This document shows, piece by piece, positions 51,527 to 60,749 of a stretch of DNA of 64,000 nucleotides. The DNA comes from Gammaproteobacteria bacterium. GTDB lineage: Bacteria; Pseudomonadota; Gammaproteobacteria; Eutrophobiales; Eutrophobiaceae. A program made the position numbers and the translations under genes. Within the stretch, counting starts at the first letter, position 1; each line of letters begins with the position of its first letter. The stretch spans positions 1,472,001 to 1,536,000 of the forward strand of contig OZ220696.1 of assembly GCA_965116495.1 (NCBI GenBank). The letters run 5' to 3'. The notes below the pieces were generated by a model. It saw only the letters and a list, made by a program, of their open reading frames with translations, did not search any database and was not told the origin of the DNA.

Positions 51527-53812
51527 TTAGAAATGGTACTGTACCGAACCGACTACGCGGCGCGGCTGCTCCAGGGTGCCGATGATGATATAACCTGGAG
51601 CTCCGGGCAGTTTGCTACCCGCAAAGTTCGGGAATTCCTGCACGTCGATGTAGTAGTCCTCGTCGAACAGGTTCTCTATATGAACGCCGAACTCCCAGTT
51701 GTTCCACTCCACCCCGGCGCCCAGGTCCACGACGGTAAAATCAGGGTTCGTCCAGAACGGAAAATCATCCCCGGGAGAATCCCATAGTTGGGCATTGGTG
51801 GAAGCCTCCCCCTTGTAGCGCAGTTGCAGGCGCCCGAACAGGCGCATGTCATCGTTCACCTGCTGGTCGTAATCCAGGGCCGCGGTCGCGCTCCACTTTG
51901 CGGTGTTGGGCGGTCTCCTTCCCGAAAGGTCGGAGAGATAATCGCTTGGGGTCACGAATTCAGTACCATCGACCCATTCCGCGTCCACATAGCCAAACCC
52001 GGCGGACAGGGTCCAGTTCTCATGCATGGACAGGACCATATCGCCCTCCAGTCCCCATTGCTCTGAATCGCCGATATTGAAAATGCCCTCAAGTACGGTA
52101 CCGGTTTGAGGGTTCTTCGTCTGAAGTTCGAACTGCCGGCCCTCGTAATCGATATAGAAACCCGCCAGGGTCAATATCAGGCGGTCATCCAGCAACCTTC
52201 CCTTGTAGCCGATTTCAACCTGTGTTGCCTCTTCCGGTTCAATGTCGAACAGGGCGTTCTCGCCCTCCAGGTCGAACGCATTAAAACTCCCCGGCTCAAA
52301 ACCCTGGGAGAACGTCGCGTAGACCATTGACCGGTCATCATCAAAGAACATGGAGACGGACGCACGGCCCAATACCTCGGTGTTGGACTGATTTCCGGTG
52401 GTGCCACTGTCACGGTTGTGCGCGTCGAATTCCCAGTGGTCCACGCGCACACCGCCACCAATCTCGATGTTGTTCATGCGATAACTGAAGTTGGCAAAAC
52501 CCGCCACCTGTTCGCGTTTTTCGCTGAGGTTCTCGAAAGGAACTACTGCAATTATTGTCTCCTCGTCGCCGGGCGGTGGCAACTGGTAACCATGGAACTC
52601 GCTATAGTAAGGCGGAGTCAAGCTGTCTTCACAAGCGTTATCCAGGAAATAGCAGAAACTCAGGGGAACCGGAAGTTCCCCGAACTTGTGCCTCTTCCAG
52701 TCCAGGTAGTAGGCGCCGGCCTGCCATTGCAAGGGACTGTCATCCGTGGAGGTAAAGCGCAATTCCTGGGTCCATACCTCGACCGGCCATGACCGTGTCA
52801 GGTCGAGCACGAACTCCTGATCGATATCAAGATCGGTCTCGCGGTACGAGTCCGTGTCCGTATAGGAGGTAAGATATGTGGCGTCGAAGTTGCCGAAATC
52901 ATAGGTCAGTTCTATGCTGCCCGCGACGGTTTCCCGCTCGTGGCCCGCATTGTAGCTGGTGTCGATGATGTTGGTGTGGGTGAGATCACCGCTCATCTCC
53001 CGGTTCCAGATGTTGTTGGGCCCGTCGTACTCGTTGTAACGCAGGGTAGCGTAGAGCGAAAGCTGTTCGCTGATACTGCCGGCCAGGGCCGCGCGCACGC
53101 CGTATTTCTCCGTGTGCCCCACGTCGGGATCAACGTCCGGAACGCCGCCGTTCAGGCGCGGGGTGTTGGGGTTGACCAGGTACGAATCATCGGTCATGGC
53201 AAACCCATACAGCGCCAGTGCCCAATCATTGCCCAGCGGCACATTCAACTGGATCTCGCCATCATAGTAATTGTCTTCACCGGCCTGCGCTTTAACCCGG
53301 CCCGAAAAGGCTTCCGGGTCCGGCCGCCTGGTAACAAATTTGATCGCGCCGCCGATGTTGGCGCCGCCATACAGGATGCCCTGCGGCCCTTTCAACACCT
53401 CGATCCGTTCGAAATTGCCGAAGCGGGACGAAGCATCCCCGAACAACTGCACGTCATCCAGGTAAAACCCGGCCCCCTGGGTATTGCCGAATCCCCCCAG
53501 ACTGCGAATGGAGACATTGGGGTAACCGTCCAGGCGCCGGCTCATCCAGAGATTCGGCACGAGCAGCCCGATATCTTCCAGGCCGTTGATATTTGCGCTC
53601 TCCACCATGTCACCGGTGAAAGTGGTCAGCGATTCCGGTATCTCCAGCACGTTTTCCTGACGCTTACGGGCGGTAACGATGATCTCCTCCAACAGCGTAT
53701 CCCCTTGTGCCATGACTGCCTGACTGCTCAATAGCGCCCCCGCCGGTGTGAGCAACGTAATTGCGAGCATTGTCGTTGCCAACGCAGTGCTGCTGAAATG
53801 GTATCTGTTCAT
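51527..53812 (-). CDS. TonB-dependent receptor
   Basis: LEEIIVTARKR, IEVLKGPQGILYG, C-terminal QYHF. Confidence 0.95.
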   Translation of the reverse strand: MNRYHFSSTALATTMLAITLLTPAGALLSSQAVMAQGDTLLEEIIVTARKRQENVLEIPESLTTFTGDMVESANINGLEDIGLLVPNLWMSRRLDGYPNVSIRSLGGFGNTQGAGFYLDDVQLFGDASSRFGNFERIEVLKGPQGILYGGANIGGAIKFVTRRPDPEAFSGRVKAQAGEDNYYDGEIQLNVPLGNDWALALYGFAMTDDSYLVNPNTPRLNGGVPDVDPDVGHTEKYGVRAALAGSISEQLSLYATLRYNEYDGPNNIWNREMSGDLTHTNIIDTSYNAGHERETVAGSIELTYDFGNFDATYLTSYTDTDSYRETDLDIDQEFVLDLTRSWPVEVWTQELRFTSTDDSPLQWQAGAYYLDWKRHKFGELPVPLSFCYFLDNACEDSLTPPYYSEFHGYQLPPPGDEETIIAVVPFENLSEKREQVAGFANFSYRMNNIEIGGGVRVDHWEFDAHNRDSGTTGNQSNTEVLGRASVSMFFDDDRSMVYATFSQGFEPGSFNAFDLEGENALFDIEPEEATQVEIGYKGRLLDDRLILTLAGFYIDYEGRQFELQTKNPQTGTVLEGIFNIGDSEQWGLEGDMVLSMHENWTLSAGFGYVDAEWVDGTEFVTPSDYLSDLSGRRPPNTAKWSATAALDYDQQVNDDMRLFGRLQLRYKGEASTNAQLWDSPGDDFPFWTNPDFTVVDLGAGVEWNNWEFGVHIENLFDEDYYIDVQEFPNFAGSKLPGAPGYIIIGTLEQPRRVVGSVQYHF

Positions 53813-53839
53813 GTACTTACCCCCGTTGCTGATATATTA

Positions 53840-53868
53840 GGGAAGCTCTGATTTAATCAGAGGTTCCT
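53840..53868. repeat. Head-to-head IS5-like termini with no interior (GGGAAGCTCTGATTTAATCAGAGGTTCCT)
   Basis: Right half identical to the MITE end at 27702-27717. Confidence 0.6.
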
Positions 53869-54092
53869 TTGTTGTATTTTAGCCAGGCGAGTGTACTAGA
53901 TAATACAGTAACCGGCTTGTTTACCGGTGAAACTGTAGCTGTCTGAACGTGCAATCAACCCGGAACAGGGGCTTTTGCCGGTCAACCCGGTAGCCCCCGC
54001 AGCTTGACGTTGGCCATTCCCGTCTATCAGTTGCCAACTCTGGATTAATCTTGACCCGTCAATCGATCGATCAGAATTAAATGGAAAGAGTA

Positions 54093-55139
54093 CTAGAAAC
54101 TGTACCTCATCGACAACACGGCCCTGGTGTCTTTGGTATCAATGAAATTCAGGTGTCCGACGTCTGCCCGGGCGTCTTCGTGGTTGAGGCCGAGGTTGGC
54201 AGACAGGCCGCGTGCCACGTCATACCGGAGTCCCAGCGCGGCGGAGATTTTATCCTCGCCTTCCAGTTGGCCGTAATGGCCTTCCACGGATAAAGTGAGC
54301 ATGCGGATCTTGAGATGGGCGCCGGATGAAACATACCATTGCATCGTGTCCGGGACCAGCGGCAGCGTTGCGGAAAAATGTTCATAGCCGGCGCCGATAT
54401 CGAACAACATGCTGCCGTAGACCAACTCGCCGACGAGGCCCGCTCCCTTGGTCTCGTATCGGTAGGTGGTATGCTCGGGGGTATAGGTTCCCTGGGTATA
54501 GCGCGCGGTGAAACGGTAGTCCCGGGTACCGAGGGGACGCTGGAACATGGCGCCCAGGTCGAAATTGCTTTCTTCATCTACTACGGCGCTCATTACCACC
54601 GGCCCGAAACGGCCCACGTAAGCGCCGCCCCAGTTTTCCAGCCCACCGAACGCGTCATCGAAAGCCAGGAAGGCATTGCCGGCGCCACGCAAGCGCCGTG
54701 TCTGTTCGCGCACTATACCGGAGAGATTACCGCCCAGCACCGTGCCCCAGGCGCCGCCCACGGACAGCGCGACGTTGTCCTGATAGTTTTCTCCCATATC
54801 AACGGCCATTTCCGGGTCGGTGGTGTACTGGCCGAAATACGCCAGGTTGACGCGCCAGCGGTTCGGCAATTGGGTGGTAGCGCTGACCTGGAAATTGCCA
54901 ATGAAACCTTCGTCGTCATTCCCGTCTCCATCCAGACCGAAACTCACCGGGGTGTCTACCAGGCCGTTCAGCCTTAATGTAACGTCTGCCAGTTCAAGCG
55001 CCAGCGGCTCCTCCAGCGACGACAAGCGGTCATAATTCAGGGACGCGCCCTGTGCCGCCGCCGTATTGAAGACGGCGTTTGCGCCGACGCAGGCCACGAG
55101 GAAAACAAGTACGGCGTGCAATTTGCTGTAAACGTTCAT
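54093..55139 (-). CDS. Porin-like outer-membrane beta-barrel protein
   Basis: Signal peptide, amphipathic strands, C-terminal MRYSF. Confidence 0.75.
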   Translation of the reverse strand: MNVYSKLHAVLVFLVACVGANAVFNTAAAQGASLNYDRLSSLEEPLALELADVTLRLNGLVDTPVSFGLDGDGNDDEGFIGNFQVSATTQLPNRWRVNLAYFGQYTTDPEMAVDMGENYQDNVALSVGGAWGTVLGGNLSGIVREQTRRLRGAGNAFLAFDDAFGGLENWGGAYVGRFGPVVMSAVVDEESNFDLGAMFQRPLGTRDYRFTARYTQGTYTPEHTTYRYETKGAGLVGELVYGSMLFDIGAGYEHFSATLPLVPDTMQWYVSSGAHLKIRMLTLSVEGHYGQLEGEDKISAALGLRYDVARGLSANLGLNHEDARADVGHLNFIDTKDTRAVLSMRYSF

Positions 55140-55143
55140 GACG

Positions 55144-56520
55144 TCAGACCTTTTTTGGGAAGGTGGAATGGAAGGCCTGACGGGCGATGGCGCGGCCGGC
55201 CTTCATTGCTTGGGTATGATCCAGCTCCCAGTGCACTCCGCCGTAGAGACGGCTCATGCCATTCTCTTCCGCCGCCTGGCTCAGACTGCTCCAATGCCGG
55301 GTAACGCCCCTTAACTGCGGCCACAGTACTTCATCAGGTGAACGTGCTGAAAACGCAACGTCGTCACGATCGCAAAACAGCCCTATCATCTCTGCGCCAG
55401 CGCTGCCAAAAGTGGAGTGTCCCGCAGTGTAGGAAGGAAATTCCGGAGTCGGGATAAAACTGAGCCAATCAGGCTGCAGCTTGACGCGCGGGTCCGGGTT
55501 TTGAAACTCCGGCGCTCGAACCCGAATGGCGGTTTCCGGTCGAATGATATCATGGTGGTACTTGCTGTCCCAGGCGCTGATGGAGGCATCGCACTGGGTC
55601 ATGCCAATTAAGGCAAAGGCACGCGCCAGGTCTATGAAACTGAGATCGAGGTACTGCAACAGTTGTATCGCGATATAGATAAAGTGTCCCGCTGGGGTGA
55701 TGCCCCATGGACCGTCCTCCCAGAACAGCGCTATCTCCTCCTCGGCGGCAGTCCGGATCTTGCTATCCATGCCGCCCAGCCTCCTTATATTATTGAATTC
55801 ATTAGCAAATTCCGGGCTTTCCGGGTCATGGAAGTCAACTGCGCGAAATTGTGACCCGCTTTTCATGGTCCAGGGTTTGATGTGACCGTGGCCGGGATAC
55901 AGGCAACGCGTGAAGGAAGAAAAAGCCGGCCCCGGCCTGGCGCCGTAGAACGGGCCGGTGGGACTCCAGCGCAACGAGTCGCCACGCCGGGGATAACGCC
56001 CGAGATAATAGGTGGCTTCCTCAGGCTCACTCCCGTCGTTGGTACGCATTTTGACCACATGCAAACCGACCGCGCGTCCCCATTCCGCCCCCAGGGATTT
56101 GGCTTCACCAGCGGGGAATCGACTCTGGAACGCGAGACGTTCAATCAGAAACGGTTGTTGAAACGCTTCCGCGGCGGCTATCGCGAACGCAGCGCCATAG
56201 GCTACCTCCGGGTCTGCGCCACTCGGACCATGACCGATACCAAATGGTTCCTCATAAGCCTGGACGATCCCGTTGGCAGCCAGAAACCCGGCGGCCATGG
56301 GCATGGCATAGTTATACGCCGCCCGGGGCGGTGTGACGCGCTGGTCGCGTACCTGCTGCAACACAATATCCACCCAGTGAAACACCGTGTTCCGGTTCTG
56401 CGGTTCAAGAATCTGACTCAGGTACGATGCTCTGCTGCCGTAAGCACTGGCGCATCCTTTGGCCAGCAAGGCAGACGCAGCGCCCGCTCCGGCCAGGAAT
56501 TGTCTTCGTGAAAATTTCAT
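55144..56520 (-). CDS. Tat-exported vanadium-dependent haloperoxidase (PAP2 superfamily)
   Basis: SRRQFL Tat motif; WDSKY...RP, PSYTAGHS, SRLYGGVHW. Confidence 0.85.
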   Translation of the reverse strand: MKFSRRQFLAGAGAASALLAKGCASAYGSRASYLSQILEPQNRNTVFHWVDIVLQQVRDQRVTPPRAAYNYAMPMAAGFLAANGIVQAYEEPFGIGHGPSGADPEVAYGAAFAIAAAEAFQQPFLIERLAFQSRFPAGEAKSLGAEWGRAVGLHVVKMRTNDGSEPEEATYYLGRYPRRGDSLRWSPTGPFYGARPGPAFSSFTRCLYPGHGHIKPWTMKSGSQFRAVDFHDPESPEFANEFNNIRRLGGMDSKIRTAAEEEIALFWEDGPWGITPAGHFIYIAIQLLQYLDLSFIDLARAFALIGMTQCDASISAWDSKYHHDIIRPETAIRVRAPEFQNPDPRVKLQPDWLSFIPTPEFPSYTAGHSTFGSAGAEMIGLFCDRDDVAFSARSPDEVLWPQLRGVTRHWSSLSQAAEENGMSRLYGGVHWELDHTQAMKAGRAIARQAFHSTFPKKV

Positions 56521-56728
56521 TGTTAAGGCCCTCCCAAATCAACAAAATCACTCACATCCATACAACAATTTATTTTCTGAGAAAGTAATTATAATTATAT
56601 CAATATGATATGTCAACATTATTATAAAATAAATTAAAAACCCTTGCTAACTGCGCATAATGAGGTGTGCGCCTGCTTGCCCCGGTTGACATAGCCCTGC
56701 CCCGGCAACTCCTATATAATTCCCCGTT

Positions 56729-57079
56729 ATGCCTGAGTACCTAATCGCGCCGTCAATACTCTCCGCCGACATGGCCCGCCTGGGTGAGGAGGTGGAGACC
56801 GTCGTTGCCGCGGGCGCCGACTACATCCACGTGGATGTGATGGATAACCACTACGTGCCGAACCTGACGTTTGGCCTGGTGGCGGCGCACGCGCTGCGGG
56901 AACACGGTATTACCGCACCCCTGGACGTGCACCTGATGATTGAACCGGTGGACCGGATCATCCCGGACTTTGCCGCGGCCGGTGCGGATACGTTTGTGGC
57001 GGGTTCAGCGATATTCGGCAGCGCTGATTACGCCACCACTATCGCAGCGATGAGAGCAGCATTGACCACGGCAGGGTAA
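56729..57079 (+). pseudogene. rpe: Ribulose-phosphate 3-epimerase with large in-frame internal deletion
   Basis: [28 protein letters not shown], then IPDFAAAGA joined to [11 protein letters not shown]; MSVNPGFGGQ and DGG missing; 116 aa. Confidence 0.85.
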
Positions 57080-57085
57080 CAGGCC

Positions 57086-57607
57086 ATGCTGTTGATGATT
57101 GACAATTACGATTCCTTTACCTACAACCTGGTTCAATACTTCGGCGAACTGGGCCAGGAGGTTGATGTCTACCGCAATGACCAGGTTTCCCCGGAGCGGA
57201 TCCACGAACTGGGGCCGGAACACATCGTGATCTCCCCGGGACTCTGCACACCGAGCGAAGCCGGCATATCGGTTGACGTGATCAACGAGTTCATGGATAA
57301 GGTCCCGATCCTGGGGGTGTGCCTGGGGCACCAGAGCATCGGCCAGGCATTGGGCGGACGCATCGTCCATGCCAACCGCATCATGCACGGCAAGACCTCT
57401 GACATACATCATCGAAATACGGATGTTTTTACCGGCCTGGACTGCCTGCAGGTGACGGCCTGGACCTGCTCTGAAGCTGGGGATGTCGATGAAATCATGG
57501 GAGTAAGGCACAAGAATTATCCCGTTTACGGCGTGCAGTTCCATCCCGAGTCGATCCTGACCACTTTCGGCCATGACCTGCTCAGGAATTTCCTGCAAAT
57601 CAACTAG
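57086..57607 (+). pseudogene. trpG: Anthranilate synthase/PabA component II with in-frame deletion
   Basis: [24 protein letters not shown] present; RYHSL segment missing (VFTGL|DCLQV); PGP changed to PGL. Confidence 0.75.
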
Positions 57608-57618
57608 TGCGGAGGGCA

Positions 57619-58596
57619 ATGGCAAAGACTAATTCACAATCGTGCGTCAATACCTGGTCCACGGACAGCCTGGCGAAGAGCGACCGCTTCGATGCCTGGG
57701 CAACCGTTCTCAATGAGGCGTATGGCCGCTGGGAAATGGATCGGGCGCAGGCGCCCGACTTCTTCAGCCGCGTCAAGCATTACGACGACACCCTGCTGAA
57801 GGTCATTGAATGCACCTGCGACCCGTGCGGCGCGACCCGCACCCGCGCCAGCATCCGCGCCGACGGGCTGGAGAACCTGACCGTACAGGCGGTACTGGCT
57901 GGCCGGGAATATATCAACTTCAACGGCGAGGACATCCTACTGAAAGCAGGCGATCTCCTGATCTGGGACAGCACCCGGCCCATGACGTTCCAGGTGCAGA
58001 ACCGCTTGCACAAGATCTCCGTGATGCTGCCCTTGCCGCGCTTTCAATCCTGGCTGCCCCGCTCCTGGTTCTCCATTCGCCACTCGCTGGATGGGCAATC
58101 AAACAGCGGCCTGTTATTGACCAACCATATCAAATCACTGCGGGATTCGGTCTTCGACGGCGGCTGCAAGGACAACCATGCCTTGGTTGATGCGACCATC
58201 GGCGTGCTGGTCAACGCACTGGAGATGGGCAGCGCGGATGATCCGACCCCGCTGCGCGTCACCCAGTTACGCTATATCAAGGAATACATCCGGGCCAACA
58301 TTCGCGACCCTGAGCTGTCCCCGGCCTTGATCGCCAAGGCCGGCGGCATGTCCTCCCGTTACCTGCACTGGCTGTTCAATGCCAACGAGGATGAGGATAC
58401 GGTCAAACAGTATATTTTCCACCAGCGCCTGGACCTGTGCGCCCGTGACCTGTCGAATCCGCACATGAAACACAGGAAAATCTCCGATATTGCCTTCTAC
58501 TGGGGTTTCCAGGACACCGCCCATTTCAACAAACGCTTCAAGCAGCAGCACCAGTTGTCGCCGGGCGCGTTTCGGGAGAAGATGCAGAAGGATTAA
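57619..58596 (+). CDS. AraC-family regulator (FeaR-like)
   Basis: IRANIRDPELSP, SSRYLHWLF, ISDIAFYWGFQDTAHFNKRFK; GGAGG RBS. Confidence 0.9.
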   Translation: MAKTNSQSCVNTWSTDSLAKSDRFDAWATVLNEAYGRWEMDRAQAPDFFSRVKHYDDTLLKVIECTCDPCGATRTRASIRADGLENLTVQAVLAGREYINFNGEDILLKAGDLLIWDSTRPMTFQVQNRLHKISVMLPLPRFQSWLPRSWFSIRHSLDGQSNSGLLLTNHIKSLRDSVFDGGCKDNHALVDATIGVLVNALEMGSADDPTPLRVTQLRYIKEYIRANIRDPELSPALIAKAGGMSSRYLHWLFNANEDEDTVKQYIFHQRLDLCARDLSNPHMKHRKISDIAFYWGFQDTAHFNKRFKQQHQLSPGAFREKMQKD

Positions 58597-58747
58597 GAAT
58601 TAGGAATTAAGAATTACGAATTAGGAATTAAGAATTAGGAATTGGAGTTGTTGCATTACCGTGTTTCCTACTCCGGCCTGCGGAAGTTCTTTGATTAACA
58701 GGTAAACAGCCGCCACCGGCGGCACATTCATTCTTAATTCCTAATTC
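58590..58747 (+). mobile_element. Heptamer-array cassette, non-coding copy 2
   Basis: (GAATTAN)n-GAATTGG, 88-bp core homologous to 24933-25021, short inverted arm. Confidence 0.7.
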
Positions 58748-58791
58748 ACAGTGATAAACTATTATGGCCTTTCCGGCCCCAGGGGAACAAC

Positions 58792-60747
58792 ATGACAAAA
58801 CCGCACAACACCCGTGAAGACAAACTGCTCGGCTTCGACGCCGATATCACCCGCCGGGATTTTATCGGCAGCACCATAATCGGCACCGGCGCCGGTTTGT
58901 TATACGCCAATGCGCCCGGTCTGATGCGCAGCGCAAACGCCCAGACGCTGCCTGTTCCCCTGACCGGCGTAGGTCCCGACTGGACCGGGCCCGGCGGCAT
59001 CGGCGACTACAGGGACGCAAACGGCAATACCCATCAGGTAATGAACGACGGCCACGGCATCCGCAATGGCGCCTACGAAAAAGCCTTCAAGGACGCTGTT
59101 GATTCCGGCGAAGTCTATGATCTGGTCGTAGTCGGCGGCGGTTTTGCCGGCCTCGCGGCCGCATACCGTTACCACGAGGACAGACCGGACGCGCCGGTAT
59201 TGATCCTGGACAACCATGCCATGTTTGGCGGGGAGGCCAAACAGAACGAGTTCGAAGTGGACGGCGTCCATTTATGGGCGCCGCAAGGCTCGAATGGCAG
59301 CGTATTCCCGCCCAACCGCACCAAGCCCATCGGCTGGCATCATGATTACTGGGACAAGCTGGGATTGCCCATGGAGTTTAAATACCAGGCCGCAAAAGGC
59401 CTGGACAAGGACCTGAAAATCCCCAGGGACGTGTACAGCCCCATGCACATCGCCTGGGAACACGCTGACCTGGCCCATTATCATGAAAACCATGGCATGG
59501 TGATGAACCCCTGGAACAGCGGATTCAAGGATGCACCGATAGCGGACAGCCTGAAGCGCGAGCTGTTGCAGATGGAGCTTTACAAGGATGTGCCGTACCG
59601 GAAGGAAGACTGGCACCACTGGCTGGACACCATGACCTATGAGGAGTTCCTGACCCGTTACGTAGGCGTCTCAAAAGAGGTGACGCCTTATCTCAACCCG
59701 CAGACTGCGGCCATGGGCTGCGGCCTGGGCGCAGACGTCATTTCCGCGTATTCCGCCTACGAGTTCGTCCAGCCCGGGGTGATTACCTACAAGCGCCATG
59801 CCGGCCTGGAAGACCCATCCGAGTATGTTTACCTGGCCAGTTTCCCGGGCGGCAACACGGGAATCGCCCGCCATTTCGTCAAGGCCATGATCCCGGCTGC
59901 CATCGAGGGGGATAACTCCCTGTCCGCGGTGCTGTTCAATAATATCAACTGGAACGAACTGGACCGGGCCGGCCAGCCTACGCGCATGCGCCTGTCCGCC
60001 ACCGTTGCCGGCGTTATGCACGACGGCTCGCCGAATTCCGCCAAAAGCGTATCGGTAATCTATTACCGGGACGGCAAACTGCACAAGGTCAAGGCGAAAA
60101 ACGTCGTTATGGCAAGCGGCCAGTGGGTGAACCGGTTGGTCTGCAAGGACCTGCCGCCAAAATACCAGGACGCCATGGCCACGTTCCACCATGCGCCCAT
60201 GCACACCGTCAACGTGGCGTTGCGCAACTGGAAGTTCCTGGAGAAACTGGGCGCGACTGCGGTACGCTGGTTCGAAGGTTACGGCTGGTTCTTCAGCATG
60301 CGCCGGCAGATGATCATCGACGGCAAGGAGCCCATGCCCCTGGACCCCTCCAAGCCGACAGTGCTCACCATGTACAACTCGTTCTGCAACCCGGGCATCC
60401 CCATGCCGCAGCAGGCAACCACAGCCCGCATGCAGTTGTTCGGCCTGTCTTATGCAGACGTAGAACGCGGGGTGCGAGAGCAATTCACCAAAATGTTTTC
60501 GGAGTACGGCTTCGACGCCAAACGCGATATCGCCGGCATCGTATCAAACCGCTGGGGACATGCTTACGTCGTATCGCCGCCCGGGTTTTATTACGGCAAA
60601 CACGGCGAACCGTCAGCCAGTGACGTTATCCGCGAGCCACACGGCCGTATTGCCTTCGGCCATTCCGAACTGACCGGCGCCCAGCTCTGGGGGACGGCCG
60701 CGGAAGAAGGAGCGCGGGCGGCCAGCCAGGCTCTGGATATGACGTAG
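58792..60747 (+). CDS. Tat-type FAD oxidoreductase, spermidine dehydrogenase (SpdH)-like
   Basis: TRRDFIG, YDLVVVGGGFAG, LDNHAMFGGEAKQNEF, FPGGN, NRWGHAY. Confidence 0.75.
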   Translation: MTKPHNTREDKLLGFDADITRRDFIGSTIIGTGAGLLYANAPGLMRSANAQTLPVPLTGVGPDWTGPGGIGDYRDANGNTHQVMNDGHGIRNGAYEKAFKDAVDSGEVYDLVVVGGGFAGLAAAYRYHEDRPDAPVLILDNHAMFGGEAKQNEFEVDGVHLWAPQGSNGSVFPPNRTKPIGWHHDYWDKLGLPMEFKYQAAKGLDKDLKIPRDVYSPMHIAWEHADLAHYHENHGMVMNPWNSGFKDAPIADSLKRELLQMELYKDVPYRKEDWHHWLDTMTYEEFLTRYVGVSKEVTPYLNPQTAAMGCGLGADVISAYSAYEFVQPGVITYKRHAGLEDPSEYVYLASFPGGNTGIARHFVKAMIPAAIEGDNSLSAVLFNNINWNELDRAGQPTRMRLSATVAGVMHDGSPNSAKSVSVIYYRDGKLHKVKAKNVVMASGQWVNRLVCKDLPPKYQDAMATFHHAPMHTVNVALRNWKFLEKLGATAVRWFEGYGWFFSMRRQMIIDGKEPMPLDPSKPTVLTMYNSFCNPGIPMPQQATTARMQLFGLSYADVERGVREQFTKMFSEYGFDAKRDIAGIVSNRWGHAYVVSPPGFYYGKHGEPSASDVIREPHGRIAFGHSELTGAQLWGTAAEEGARAASQALDMT

Positions 60748-60749
60748 TT

